A DNA stretch of 63,529 nucleotides, counting the filler, from Chrysochromulina tobinii (taxonomy: Eukaryota): the NCBI GenBank assembly GCA_001275005.1. It is 9 parts of 9 records of this genome, joined end to end, with 100 filler letters (N's around TTAATTAATTAA, not from the genome) between each part and the next. Parts side by side here need not be neighbours in the genome. Positions count along the whole stretch, not along the records: positions 54,260 to 61,309 come from JWZX01000334.1; positions 61,410 to 63,529 come from JWZX01000338.1; 7 more parts are not named here. One strand, 5' to 3'. Positions 54,260 to 63,529 of the stretch are shown here, in pieces; position 1 is the first letter of the stretch, and each line of letters opens with the position of its first letter. Made by a program: the position numbers and the translations under genes. The notes under the pieces were generated by a model. That model had not been told where the DNA came from. It searched no databases and saw only the letters and a list, made by a program, of their open reading frames with translations.

Positions 54260-56071
54260 CGGCGGCGGCGGCGGCGGCGCAGCTGGCCGAGCTGCCACCG
54301 CCGCCGCATACGACGTAACAGAAGAGCCGATGATGATGACGAGTGCGATAAGCGCTGCCGCGCCGGCGGCGTACGGTGTCCACTGCTTGATCGAGTGCAC
54401 TTGCTCGTCGCTCAGTATCGGCTTCGGTGGTGACGCCGGCGGCGCGGGAGGGGCCTCGGGATCTGCCCCGGGAGGAGCTGCGAAGCTCGGGTTCGTCTTG
54501 TTGAGGCCGCCGCGCCTCACCCTTAGGAATTCGGAGATCGTGACGATGCCGTCACCGTTCGGGTCGCACTCGCGGAAGATCGCGTGCAGCTCATCGTTGG
54601 TCAGAGCGCTGTTGAGCGAGCGGAGCACTGCCTTGAGCTCTTCAAAGTCGAGCCCTCCGTTGTGGTCCTTGTCCATGAGCTTGTCGAAGCTACTGATGAT
54701 CCTCACCTCATCCAACGTATTCAAGGTTGAGATGGTCAACGCACTGAGGGCACTCGCCCCTCGGCTCAGCCTCCCCGGCGCCACCTTTAGCTCTGACGGC
54801 GATTGCGTCGGCGGTGGTGGAGGCATCTTGAGCTTCTGCGGCGTCTCCCTCTTCTCCACTGCCGTCAGCGGCGACGAGGGCTTCGGCGGCGACTTTTGGA
54901 GCGGAGGCGATTCCGCGCCCAGGAGACGCGGCAGTGCGACACCGCCGGGACCCAGCGTGTTGGCGCTGACCGCATACGGCGTGCGTCGGCTCCGCATGGT
55001 GAACGACTCGCGCGTCGGCTTCTTGGAGGGGGGGGGCAGGTGGACCCATTTGCGCTGACGCCACTGCCACATCGTATCGTCCAACTCGGGGTCATGCGAC
55101 TTCTCAAGCGCCCGCATTCTCGCAGCGACCGACATGGGCGGCGGCGGCGGCTCCGTGGGCTGACCAGCACGATCGAGCACGGCATTCCGGACCATGGCGA
55201 GCTTCTTCACCTTGCTCCCTGCTCCCCTTAATCCGATCTCCGAGCCGGGCGGCAGGGGCGGCCATGTGACCACCCGCGGTGCGTGCCGATGCGCCGACAG
55301 CCTCCAGGATGGCTCCCTTTTCGATCTCCACGAGACAGCCGGTGAAGGAGATCGCATCGAGATGAGCGCATCGGCCTCAGTCACCACGCTCGCAGCGTCG
55401 GACGCTGCATCGTCATCCTCATCGGAGATTGACGTCGCGATAGGTGAGGGATCGCGCGACACGTGCTTGAGCAGATCGCGTTGAGATTTCGAGTACTCCA
55501 CAGCCGCATCGTGCTTGGGGCAGCGCTCGAAGATCTCCTTGGCCATGTCCACCAGCTGCTCGGCCGGCATCGTCGGCTCAATCCACGTCGTCTGGTCCGT
55601 GTACCGATTCCAATAATAGACGCGACCTCCGGGCCCGGCCTCGAGCACCTCGCTCCATCCTGGCGGGAGCATCGAGACGGAGGAGAAGAGCTCCACCATG
55701 CCCGGCAGCCGCTTGCCCACCAAAAACTCGTCGAGCGTCATCGCATCGTCCGCTTGCCGTGGGCACGCATCGAAGAAGGCTTCCAGCGCGGCGGCGGACA
55801 TGCCACGCTGCTCGAGTGCGGCCCTGAGCATCTCCACCGGCACCGCATCCGATTCATTGGTGTCGATGGCCGCAAAAAACGCGCGCACCGTGTCGCCCGA
55901 GTGGACATAGGTACTGCTTCTCGCGGCATGCGCGGCCATCGTCACTTGCCTGGGCGTCATGTAATCTTTGATCGTGCCAAAGGTTGAGTGAAGCCGTGAG
56001 CGCCGGCTGCGGCTGGACTTCTCACGCGTCGGGCTTTCGGGACCATATTCCGGGAAACTGACGGTACTCAT
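54260..56071 (-). CDS. EF-hand and WW-domain protein with a hydrophobic segment, 3'-truncated
   Basis: WW: LPPGWSE...GRVYYWNRYTDQTTWIEP. EF-hands: DKDHNGGLDFEE and DPNGDGIVTISE. Confidence 0.85.
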
Positions 56072-56491
56072 GGAGCTAGACAGAAGACTGTGGGACCCCG
56101 GCTTCGACCGGGGTGCAGCACACGGCTGCGTCGCCGTGGTTGCGAGCGGACTGGAGACGCGCCAAGCGCTCCAAAACGCGCCGTAGGATCAAATCCGGGA
56201 AAACCTGTTTCAAAAAGGAAACGTCTGCGATCAGGACGGCGCGATCTCACCAACCCCAAACTTCGAGGGTCCCGCCAGATGCACATCCGAAAATCCCCAG
56301 AAAAGAAAAATTGCCATACGAGCGCGCCTTCGCCGTTGCGCCCCGGGCCGGAGAGAAAGCGGGGGTCGCGCATCGTGTGTTAGAAACCACACCACTGCTT
56401 TTGGGGTGAGGACAGGGTTAGGGTGAGTGGTTTTGATACAATTGTATTTGACTTGATTCGCACCTGTTCATATTCACACAAGAGAGGGAGA

Positions 56492-57574
56492 ATGGACATG
56501 ACTCCCGACTCTGGCGAGGAGCGCTTACTCCTGAATACTGGTGTCGTCGCGTCGAAGAGGTCTTGGGGGCGCCTCGTGCGCGTTGTCATCATGCTCGTGG
56601 CCGTGCAAATATCCTTTGCGGGCAATGGCATCATCACAAAGCTCGCACTCACCGGCCAAGGCACGGACCCGATCGTTTTCTCGCTGCTACGAGACATAGG
56701 CGGCGCCACAATCCTGCTGTCTGCGGCGCACTTCCACGGCGGAATCGTGTGGCCTCGGCGCGAGGATGCGGGCACATTTGTGCTGCTCGGCGTGCTCGGC
56801 GTGTACATCGGCCAAATGTTCTTGACGATGAGCCTGCAGTACATCAGCGCGATCAACGCGGCGCTGCTGCAGCCGTCGCAGCCCGTGCTGACTACGCTCC
56901 TCGCAGCCGTCTTCGGCGTTGAGCCGCTCGGGCTGAGCACCGTGCACGGCCAGCTCAAGCTCGTCGGCATCATGCTCGCCGCGGGCGGAGCCGTGTTCAC
57001 CGTGTACTGTGACTCGATGGCGGACGCGGCAGCAAGGCACAATGGGACGACAACGCGCGAGCCCCGAGCGGCCGCTTCCGACCTCATCTTTGGCAACGGG
57101 CTCCTCATTGCCCAGTGCTTGAGCGGCGCGTGCTACCAGCTGCTGCAGAAGCATCTGCTCTCATCGGCGAAGACGGAGTACCCGCCGCTCTCTGTGGCTG
57201 GGGTGGGCTATCTGGTGGGCGCCGTCGCGATTGGTCTGGTGCTCCCGGTGTGCCACGCCGACGCGGCCTCGTGGTCGTGGCTCTGGAGGAGCCCGACGAG
57301 CGCCTATGCCCTTGCCTACGCCATCTTCATGACCTCGGCGTTCAACTATGCCTTGCAAGCCTACGCGAATAAGCACTCGTCGCCCACGCTGGTGACCGCC
57401 TTCTTCCCGCTGCAAGTGGTCTTCGCGGCGCTCTTCTCGTGGCTGGTCTTTGGAAAGTTGCCGCGTACAACCGAGTACATCGGCGGTATGATGATCCTTG
57501 TCGGCCTCGCTGCCGTCACTGCCGGGCGCGTGCACCAAGCGCGCCTAGCCAAGGGGCATGACGACTCCGTCTGA
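56492..57574 (+). CDS. EamA/DMT-family transporter (WAT1/MtN21-like)
   Basis: About 10 hydrophobic segments in two repeats; PIVFSLLR, SPTLVTAFFPLQ. Confidence 0.85.
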   Translation: MDMTPDSGEERLLLNTGVVASKRSWGRLVRVVIMLVAVQISFAGNGIITKLALTGQGTDPIVFSLLRDIGGATILLSAAHFHGGIVWPRREDAGTFVLLGVLGVYIGQMFLTMSLQYISAINAALLQPSQPVLTTLLAAVFGVEPLGLSTVHGQLKLVGIMLAAGGAVFTVYCDSMADAAARHNGTTTREPRAAASDLIFGNGLLIAQCLSGACYQLLQKHLLSSAKTEYPPLSVAGVGYLVGAVAIGLVLPVCHADAASWSWLWRSPTSAYALAYAIFMTSAFNYALQAYANKHSSPTLVTAFFPLQVVFAALFSWLVFGKLPRTTEYIGGMMILVGLAAVTAGRVHQARLAKGHDDSV

Positions 57575-57965
57575 ACTGATCCGTCTGTGTGTAGTACTTG
57601 AGACGATAAGCCCACGCGGTGTATGAAGCACAGTCAAGAGTACTGTCCTCAGAGCCGTACGGTATGAAACACCTCAAACTTTAGGTTTGGCGAGTCTTGA
57701 AGACTTGAGCGTACCACGTTATACTATATGAACCATGTCTGGCGTGACTGATATTGTTTACTGAACACGAAAGCGTGGTGTGTAGTTTTAGACGAGATCG
57801 ACGACGACGGTGGCTATCGTATACGAGCGGATCGAAAGTTGTACCCCACGTCACCTCTTCTGAGTACGCTGAGTGATGTTGATGAGTACAGCACTGCCAT
57901 GCGAACGTTGCAGAGGTGCAGCCTGCGTGCGCCAAGAGTAACAAAGAACATGGCTGGCCAGCTGC

Positions 57966-58309
57966 TCAATACGAGTCATCCTTGTGGGCGGGGTTGTTGT
58001 GGTCAAAGTCCACCGACGTGTCCGCCGTACATATATACTGGACATCTTTAATGCCGAACTGCTCAGAAAGCCAGCACGTCTCCGTAGGATCCTCGGACGG
58101 CTTGCTCGACAAGTAAACGTTCGCCGTGCACACATACTGGAGCGGCTTGTCGAAGTCATACTGGTTGATGAGCCAACACGTCTCCGTCGGGTCCTCCGAT
58201 GGCTGGCCCGCCAGGTAGACGTTCTGATCACTGGCGATGAGGATGCCAAGCTCACTGGGCAACTTATCGAGCGACGCACGCTTGCCCACGAGCCACGACT
58301 TAGTGCCTG
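57966..58309 (-). CDS. Probable last exon of a small protein with a duplicated ~32-aa Cys-containing unit
   Basis: NVYL...PSEDPTETCWL...QY.CTA occurs twice with synonymous-type divergence. Upstream GT-AG introns are visible, but the start is unresolved. Confidence 0.45.
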
Positions 58310-58719
58310 CAGTCGCAAGGCAGCCCGTGGGCAAATCGCGGGAGTGCAAGCGGGATGTGGGCAGTGGGGGCACTCACTCGGAGGCTTGGCCCAGTCCTGC
58401 ATGCGTGGGTGCGCGGTAGAATGACGACCGCTGACGCACGCGTATGTGCGCGGTAGAATGTACGAAGTGGGCGCGACCATCAGAGATTGAGCCTTGCGTT
58501 GTTGGACTGGAGTCGGGAGCGAAGCAAAAGGGAGAAAGGAATCGACGAAGTCGATCGGCCGAATTCGTCAAAAAGTTCGCTTGTTCACGGTAAAAAGACA
58601 CCGGGACGCGCCGGGACGAGAGTGTGGACTATGGGTTGCGTGCATGCAAACATGTTTGGGTCGGTTCAAAGGCGGAAGCGGTGGAGAGCCAAAAGGCCAC
58701 TAGAATTGGGGACGACCAC

Positions 58720-59229
58720 ATGGCGCAAGATAGTCAGAAGGCGGCCACACACGACGTGCCGGCACGGGAGTTCATGCATCACGGTTCACGCTGCCCCCGG
58801 CCGACCTCTCGCCACGATACTCATCAGCTGACTCCCTCACTACTCGAAAACTTGCGACAAATCGCACGCTCGTGTTCCTTTCCTGAGAGCGTGGACCTGC
58901 ACGGCTACCTGGTCGCAAGTGGCGCTGAGAAGCACGGCCAGATGCCGATGCAGCGCTTCCGCGGAGCTCTTAGTACTGCATTCCCCAGGATTCATTTTCA
59001 GGAGCCAACGATGCAACACTTGGTCGATGCGTATGGATGCGGCTACGAGGCGCCACGTGAAAGCGGCGCAAGGGTTGAGACCCATGTCGCCTGGAAAGAC
59101 TTTGTTGCTGACGTGCAGTTTCTCATGCAACATGGGAACGAGATTGATGACACCGTGCCCTTTGTGCCCAGCAGCACGCGAAAGGCTCGGGAGATGACGT
59201 TCCAAACGGCATACAACCAGAAGATCTGA
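58720..59229 (+). CDS. Small protein with a degenerate EF-hand pair
   Basis: EKHGQMPMQRFRGAL...LVDAY...VAWKDFVADV. Confidence 0.5.
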   Translation: MAQDSQKAATHDVPAREFMHHGSRCPRPTSRHDTHQLTPSLLENLRQIARSCSFPESVDLHGYLVASGAEKHGQMPMQRFRGALSTAFPRIHFQEPTMQHLVDAYGCGYEAPRESGARVETHVAWKDFVADVQFLMQHGNEIDDTVPFVPSSTRKAREMTFQTAYNQKI

Positions 59230-60628
59230 GAAAAGACTGCCAGAGGACCTCAGCGTGCGCAGCCGAGCAGCATCTACCGCGACCCGCCAATTGTACGTAG
59301 TATTGAAACACGGAGTATGCTAACAAAGATGCAGCCGCTCGGCGGTTGCTGTATGCTGAGGCGCTGGTCGCTGGAACATAAGTGGAATACATGCAGGCAG
59401 GTGAAGAGCTTCTTTTTTGAGCTCTTGTTCTTGCGGCGTGGCTACCTTCTCGTCTGAGCGGAGCGCCCTGTCAAGCTCCAATTGTCAAGCTCACGATCGG
59501 ATTGCTCAATGATCGCCAGAGAGTAGCGTCCACCTGGTACCTCCCTTTCCGCTTTCGCCTTTCCGTCGAGATAGAGAGTTAGAGATTGAACATGAAGCGC
59601 CGGTCCCCGGAGCGCGCTGCGCGAGACCCGTGCGATCGGTTGTTGCGCTCGCAGCGGCGCCTTCTCACCAACAGTGCGCCCCACAGCACAGCGCACACCG
59701 CGCGGGATCCGCAGCCCGAGGGGGACGATTTCACGAAATACCGCCCGCCCCTTTTCTCACCGCAATCATGCCGCACTCGCCCTCTCCCCAAGTCCATGCC
59801 ACACGCCGCTCTACGATTGCTCTCTTCAACTCTCGATACCCGCGACAATCACCTGCACCCGCCTGCCATCGTTGCAAAAGAGCACCAGCACATCGCCCGC
59901 GGACGCGTCTTTTGGCACGTGCGCGGCTGCGTTGTTGGCTCCCAGAGCCACATCCGCACGAGGCTCTTTGGATTCCCCATGGAGCTTGGGCGCAGCACGC
60001 GTAGGCACGCCTGCCAAGGAAAGATCGGGTTGCGTATTGAGCACGCCTGGGATGCGCATCGTAAGCTCCTGCTTCTTTCGCTGTGTGTCAGCAAACTCTA
60101 GAATTCGCGCGGCTCGTCGCGCTGGCGCCGTTTTGGCTTGCAAAGCGGTGACTTCAGCGATGAGCCGCGCGGGGTCGTATCCCCGCATAGTAAACCCAGT
60201 CACTGGATGGACGAATGTCGTGACTGCCTGCCGTTGCTTGCAGTGTTTGCACTCGATGTCTGTGCAGAACATGCAAGGGCCGAGCACGATCAGAGAAGTG
60301 CTGCACGTCATCGGCTGCACGCAAAAGGGGTCTACTCACAGTCATCCATCGCGGGCAAAGATAGATATCTGGGCTGAATTCGCTGGCACTTGACGTTCAC
60401 GCACTGCACTATGACGCATTCAGGCATCGATCTGACGCGTGACAGTCACTTCAGGGGTCAAGATGTGCTTGCGCGTGCTCGACCACACAGCACAGGGTTC
60501 CGCGTCCTCATGGAAGCGCTTGTCACAACGCGGTGGATTCATCTGGGACTAAAAGAAAACAGTGCGACGAAACACACAGGGCAAACATCATTTCGGTGGC
60601 TTGGGAGCTGTGTGGGAGAGTTAGAGCG

Positions 60629-60716
60629 ACCGGTGTACCCGGTACTGCGAGCCCTCAACGTGTACACCGGTACCGGGTACCGGTTTTTCACCGGTACCGG
60701 GTACCCGGTACCGGTA
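60629..60716. repeat. Cluster of short palindromes (ACCGGT/GGTACC), MITE-end-like
   Basis: accggtaccgggtaccggt...accggtaccgggtacccggtaccggt. Confidence 0.7.
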
Positions 60717-61029
60717 GACGTCTGTGTGATGGTGTGATCCGTGTGCCCGTGTGTCCCGGCTCCCCCCGGTGTTTTTGAACGGTAGATGTCACCAATCCCG
60801 TGCCGTCACGACTTGCGCCACGATCTCAAACCATGCACTCAAACCACACTGCACACAACTTGACTGCACACTCACACACACAGCACCACAGGGCCCCGGA
60901 ACACACGTCACACTCTTATCTGAGTATGTCATCTGGCGGGCCGAAAAAAACGCCATCCTGGGCGTCCAAGTTTCGAAACAGATTTTCGAATTAAGAACGA
61001 TGGCGCACCGCGCGTCCGATCGTAACAAA

Positions 61030-61309
61030 GCGACGCAGCCGGTGTGCTGAACCCCGGTCGAAGCCGGGATCCCGGAAGCCCGACGCGTGAGAAGTCCAGC
61101 CGCAGCCGGCGCTCACGGCTTCACTCAACCTTTGGCACGATCAAAGATTACATGACGCCCAGGCAAGTGACGATGGCCGCGCATGCCGCGAGAAGCAGTA
61201 CCTATGTCCACTCGGACGACGCGGTGCGCGCGTTTTTTGCGGCCATCGACACCAATGAATCGGATGCGGTGCCGGTGGAGATGCTCAGGGCCGCACTCGA
61301 GCAGCGTGG
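61030..61309 (+). pseudogene. Inverted duplicate of the 5' end of the EF-hand/WW gene, with the start codon deleted
   Basis: Near-identical to the reverse complement of ~55808-56132, but lacking the ~50 nt that contain the ATG. Confidence 0.8.
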
Positions 61310-61409
61310 NNNNNNNNNNNNNNNNNNNNNNNNNNNNNNNNNNNNNNNNNNNNTTAATTAATTAANNNNNNNNNNNNNNNNNNNNNNNNNNNNNNNNNNN
61401 NNNNNNNNN
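61310..61409. other. Artificial contig-joining spacer
   Basis: N44-TTAATTAATTAA-N44. Confidence 0.98.
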
Positions 61410-62760
61410 GTCGAAGGTGCGCCAGGCTACGCCCGAGCGCCCAGACAGAAAGCAGGCGTGGGCAACCAGGCAGTCGCGGGTGCGAAGGAGCCTAACCGCG
61501 ATGGCTAGCCCGACGTTGAGCGTGAGGCCCTCAGTGCGCTTGGTAACCCGCGAGCCAAGGTGATAGGCACGGGCGGTGATGATCGTCGGTACGATGATAG
61601 TGACGCGTGCGTACACGGTAGCGATCTGGCAAAGGTAAGGTATCGAAGGGTCACCATCGCCAAGGACCATCATCACGCAGCGGTGGGTTTGCATCAGTTT
61701 GTCGAGCCAGGTGGGAGCCGTGAGATCACGCAGCGCCCGCCGAGCGTCGCGGCGATCACGGGTGGGGCAACGCTTCTTGCCGACCCACCCGCGATGCAGG
61801 GCGCTGGTGAGCTCGGCGGTAGCTGGGTCGTGAAGAGCAGCCCGGCGGTCGAGAGCGCCAGCCAGGCACGCCAGGGTGGCGGCCAAGCGACGAGTGGTGG
61901 CGGTCGCAATGGTACCAGCAAGGGTGATGCACTCGATCAAAATGTGGATCGGCAGCATAGTGACCGAGTCGACGACCGCCAGGGCAATGAAGCCTATGAT
62001 CTGAGTGACGAAGGAGGTAAACAGTACCAAGCCAACGGTCAAGGCGGTAAGCGTGGCGGCAACGGAGTAGGCGACCAGGAGGAGGGCGAGGAAGGCGGCG
62101 GGTGACAAGGAGGCAAGCCCGATCAAAGTGGCGGAGACATAGTAAGCAACCACAAAAAGGGTGAGAGGTAAGGTCAGCGAGAGGGAGGTAGTGATGACGA
62201 CCATGTGCCAGATGGTCCATGCGCCGAGGGCGCCCGAGGGACCCTGAGTGCACAAGGCAGAGTGTTGGTCAAATCGTCGACCAATACCAGGAGAAGCGCT
62301 CTGGGTACGCTCGTGCCCATCGTACAGACAGAACTGGAGCGCAAGGTGGAAGAAGTAGGTGGCAGCACTCAGGCTACCAAGCCAAGTGGAGAGCAACAGC
62401 TGGGCCCATGCACGCGGCCGGGTGATGAACCAGGCCAGGAGTATGAACATGACACCCACGTCATAGACGCGGTGTGGGTGCATGGCGAGGTAGACGGTGA
62501 TCTCGAGCAGGAGGCGGCGGCACGCCGCCAAGTGAGGATCAGAGGTAGGCTGGCCTACACGCTCGAGCCAGTGGAGCGCGAGAGCAAGACCGTGGCCGCA
62601 GCTCGAAGCCGTAAGTACCACGGCGGCTTCAGCAGGCGACTGTTGCCCAGCGGTGGAGTGGTGCTGACGAGGAGACCAGCACGACACGCCGGCGAGCCGG
62701 CAGCGACAGTCCGGCATCGCATGGTGCGGCGGAAAAACTGGCGTGGCAAACATGCCGCAT
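61410..62760 (-). CDS. Hypothetical multi-pass hydrophobic protein, 3'-truncated; start uncertain
   Basis: Long open frame with several hydrophobic stretches. No family recognised; may be repeat-associated. Confidence 0.35.
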
Positions 62761-62827
62761 TGGGGGTCAACAAAGCCAAGCGAAAAAGAAGACTGGAGCG
62801 AGCCTGCCGCTGCGAAGGATTGCGAAC

Positions 62828-62922
62828 ATGGATTGCGATGGATTGTGATGGATTGTGATGGATTGTGATGGATTGGGGATTGCGATGAATTGTGATGTGG
62901 ATTGTGATGGATTGTGATGGTT
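62828..62922. repeat. 10-nt tandem repeat GATTGTGATG
   Basis: Directly visible. A similar GATTGCG/GATGGA repeat fills PYC intron 4038-4271. Confidence 0.85.
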
Positions 62923-63026
62923 GCGAACATCGGGAATGGCTCGCAGAACACACGCCGATTCAAACACCCCTTCACATTGATGCTCCCCATCCTAATCACA
63001 CAATGCGCGCGCTCCAACCGTACAGG

Positions 63027-63383
63027 TGCGCGCGCTCAAAACGGCGCAGCGCTCGAAACGGCGCCATGCGCTCAAAACGGCGCTGCGCATTCAAACGGTG
63101 CAGCGCGCTCGAAACGGCGCTGCGTGCTCAAAACGGCGCCGCGCGCTCAAAACGGCGCTCGCTGCGCGTTCAAACGGCGCCGCGCGCTCAAAACGGCGCG
63201 CGCTGCGCGTTCAAACGGCGCCGCGCGCTCAAAACGGCGCCGCGCGCTCAAAATGGCGCTGCGCGTTCAAACGGCGCCGCGCGCTCAAAATGGCGCTGCG
63301 CGTTCAAACGGTGCTGCGCGCTCAAAACGGCGCGGCGCGCTCAAAACGGCGCGGCGCGTTCAAACGGTGCTGCGCGTTCAAAC
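63027..63383. repeat. Minisatellite of ~19-20-nt units GCGCGCTCAAAACGGCGC(C/T)
   Basis: More than 15 degenerate tandem copies, followed by three GGGTCGGCA repeats. Confidence 0.9.
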
Positions 63384-63529
63384 GAGGGTCGGCAGGGGGT
63401 CGGCAAGGGGTCGGCAGATTAATTAGAAGGGGTCGGCAGGGCACCTTCGCCGAGTTGAAGTCCTTTGGCGTGGTATGCTTCGCCGACGTAAGTGAGGTGT
63501 GGCCTTCCTTACCCCAATGAGGGCAGAGC

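Noticed and set aside
59826..60400. Cys-rich minus-strand ORF (CMFC..CKHC)
   Set aside because: Short, with upstream stops and no assignable family. It may be a decayed element but is not supportable.
1..63529. tRNA, rRNA, SECIS elements, prokaryotic operons or defence systems
   Set aside because: None recognised by eye. The many long overlapping ORFs are GC-rich shadow frames, and genes on different contigs cannot be treated as a cluster.

Overview
GC-rich eukaryotic nuclear DNA, most consistent with a haptophyte (Chrysochromulina-like alga); the taxon is inferred from gene content and intron style. The window is nine assembly contigs joined by artificial 100-nt spacers (N44-TTAATTAATTAA-N44), so adjacency across spacers has no biological meaning. 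Protein genes include a 21-exon pyruvate carboxylase lacking its 5' exons, a GH3 beta-glucosidase, a P2X-like channel, an actin-related protein fused to Sfi1-like Trp repeats, a TupA-like ATP-grasp protein, FHA, EF-hand/WW, EamA, LRR, LamG and multi-IPT/TIG proteins, and a Plavaka/CACTA-like transposase carrying ankyrin repeats. Three signals stand out. (1) Introns in at least five genes are built from duplicated pieces of their own flanking exons plus one of two stereotyped 3' modules (a 10-nt satellite ending CCTCATCAG, or a GCATGC..CTCAC..CCCCACAG cassette). This suggests an ongoing duplication- or introner-type intron gain process. (2) A foldback/MULE-like element has ~300-nt inverted termini made of 12-bp palindromic hairpins with strictly 11-nt spacers. 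(3) The two longest pyruvate carboxylase introns hold candidate box C/D snoRNAs. All calls were made by eye; no database searches were run.
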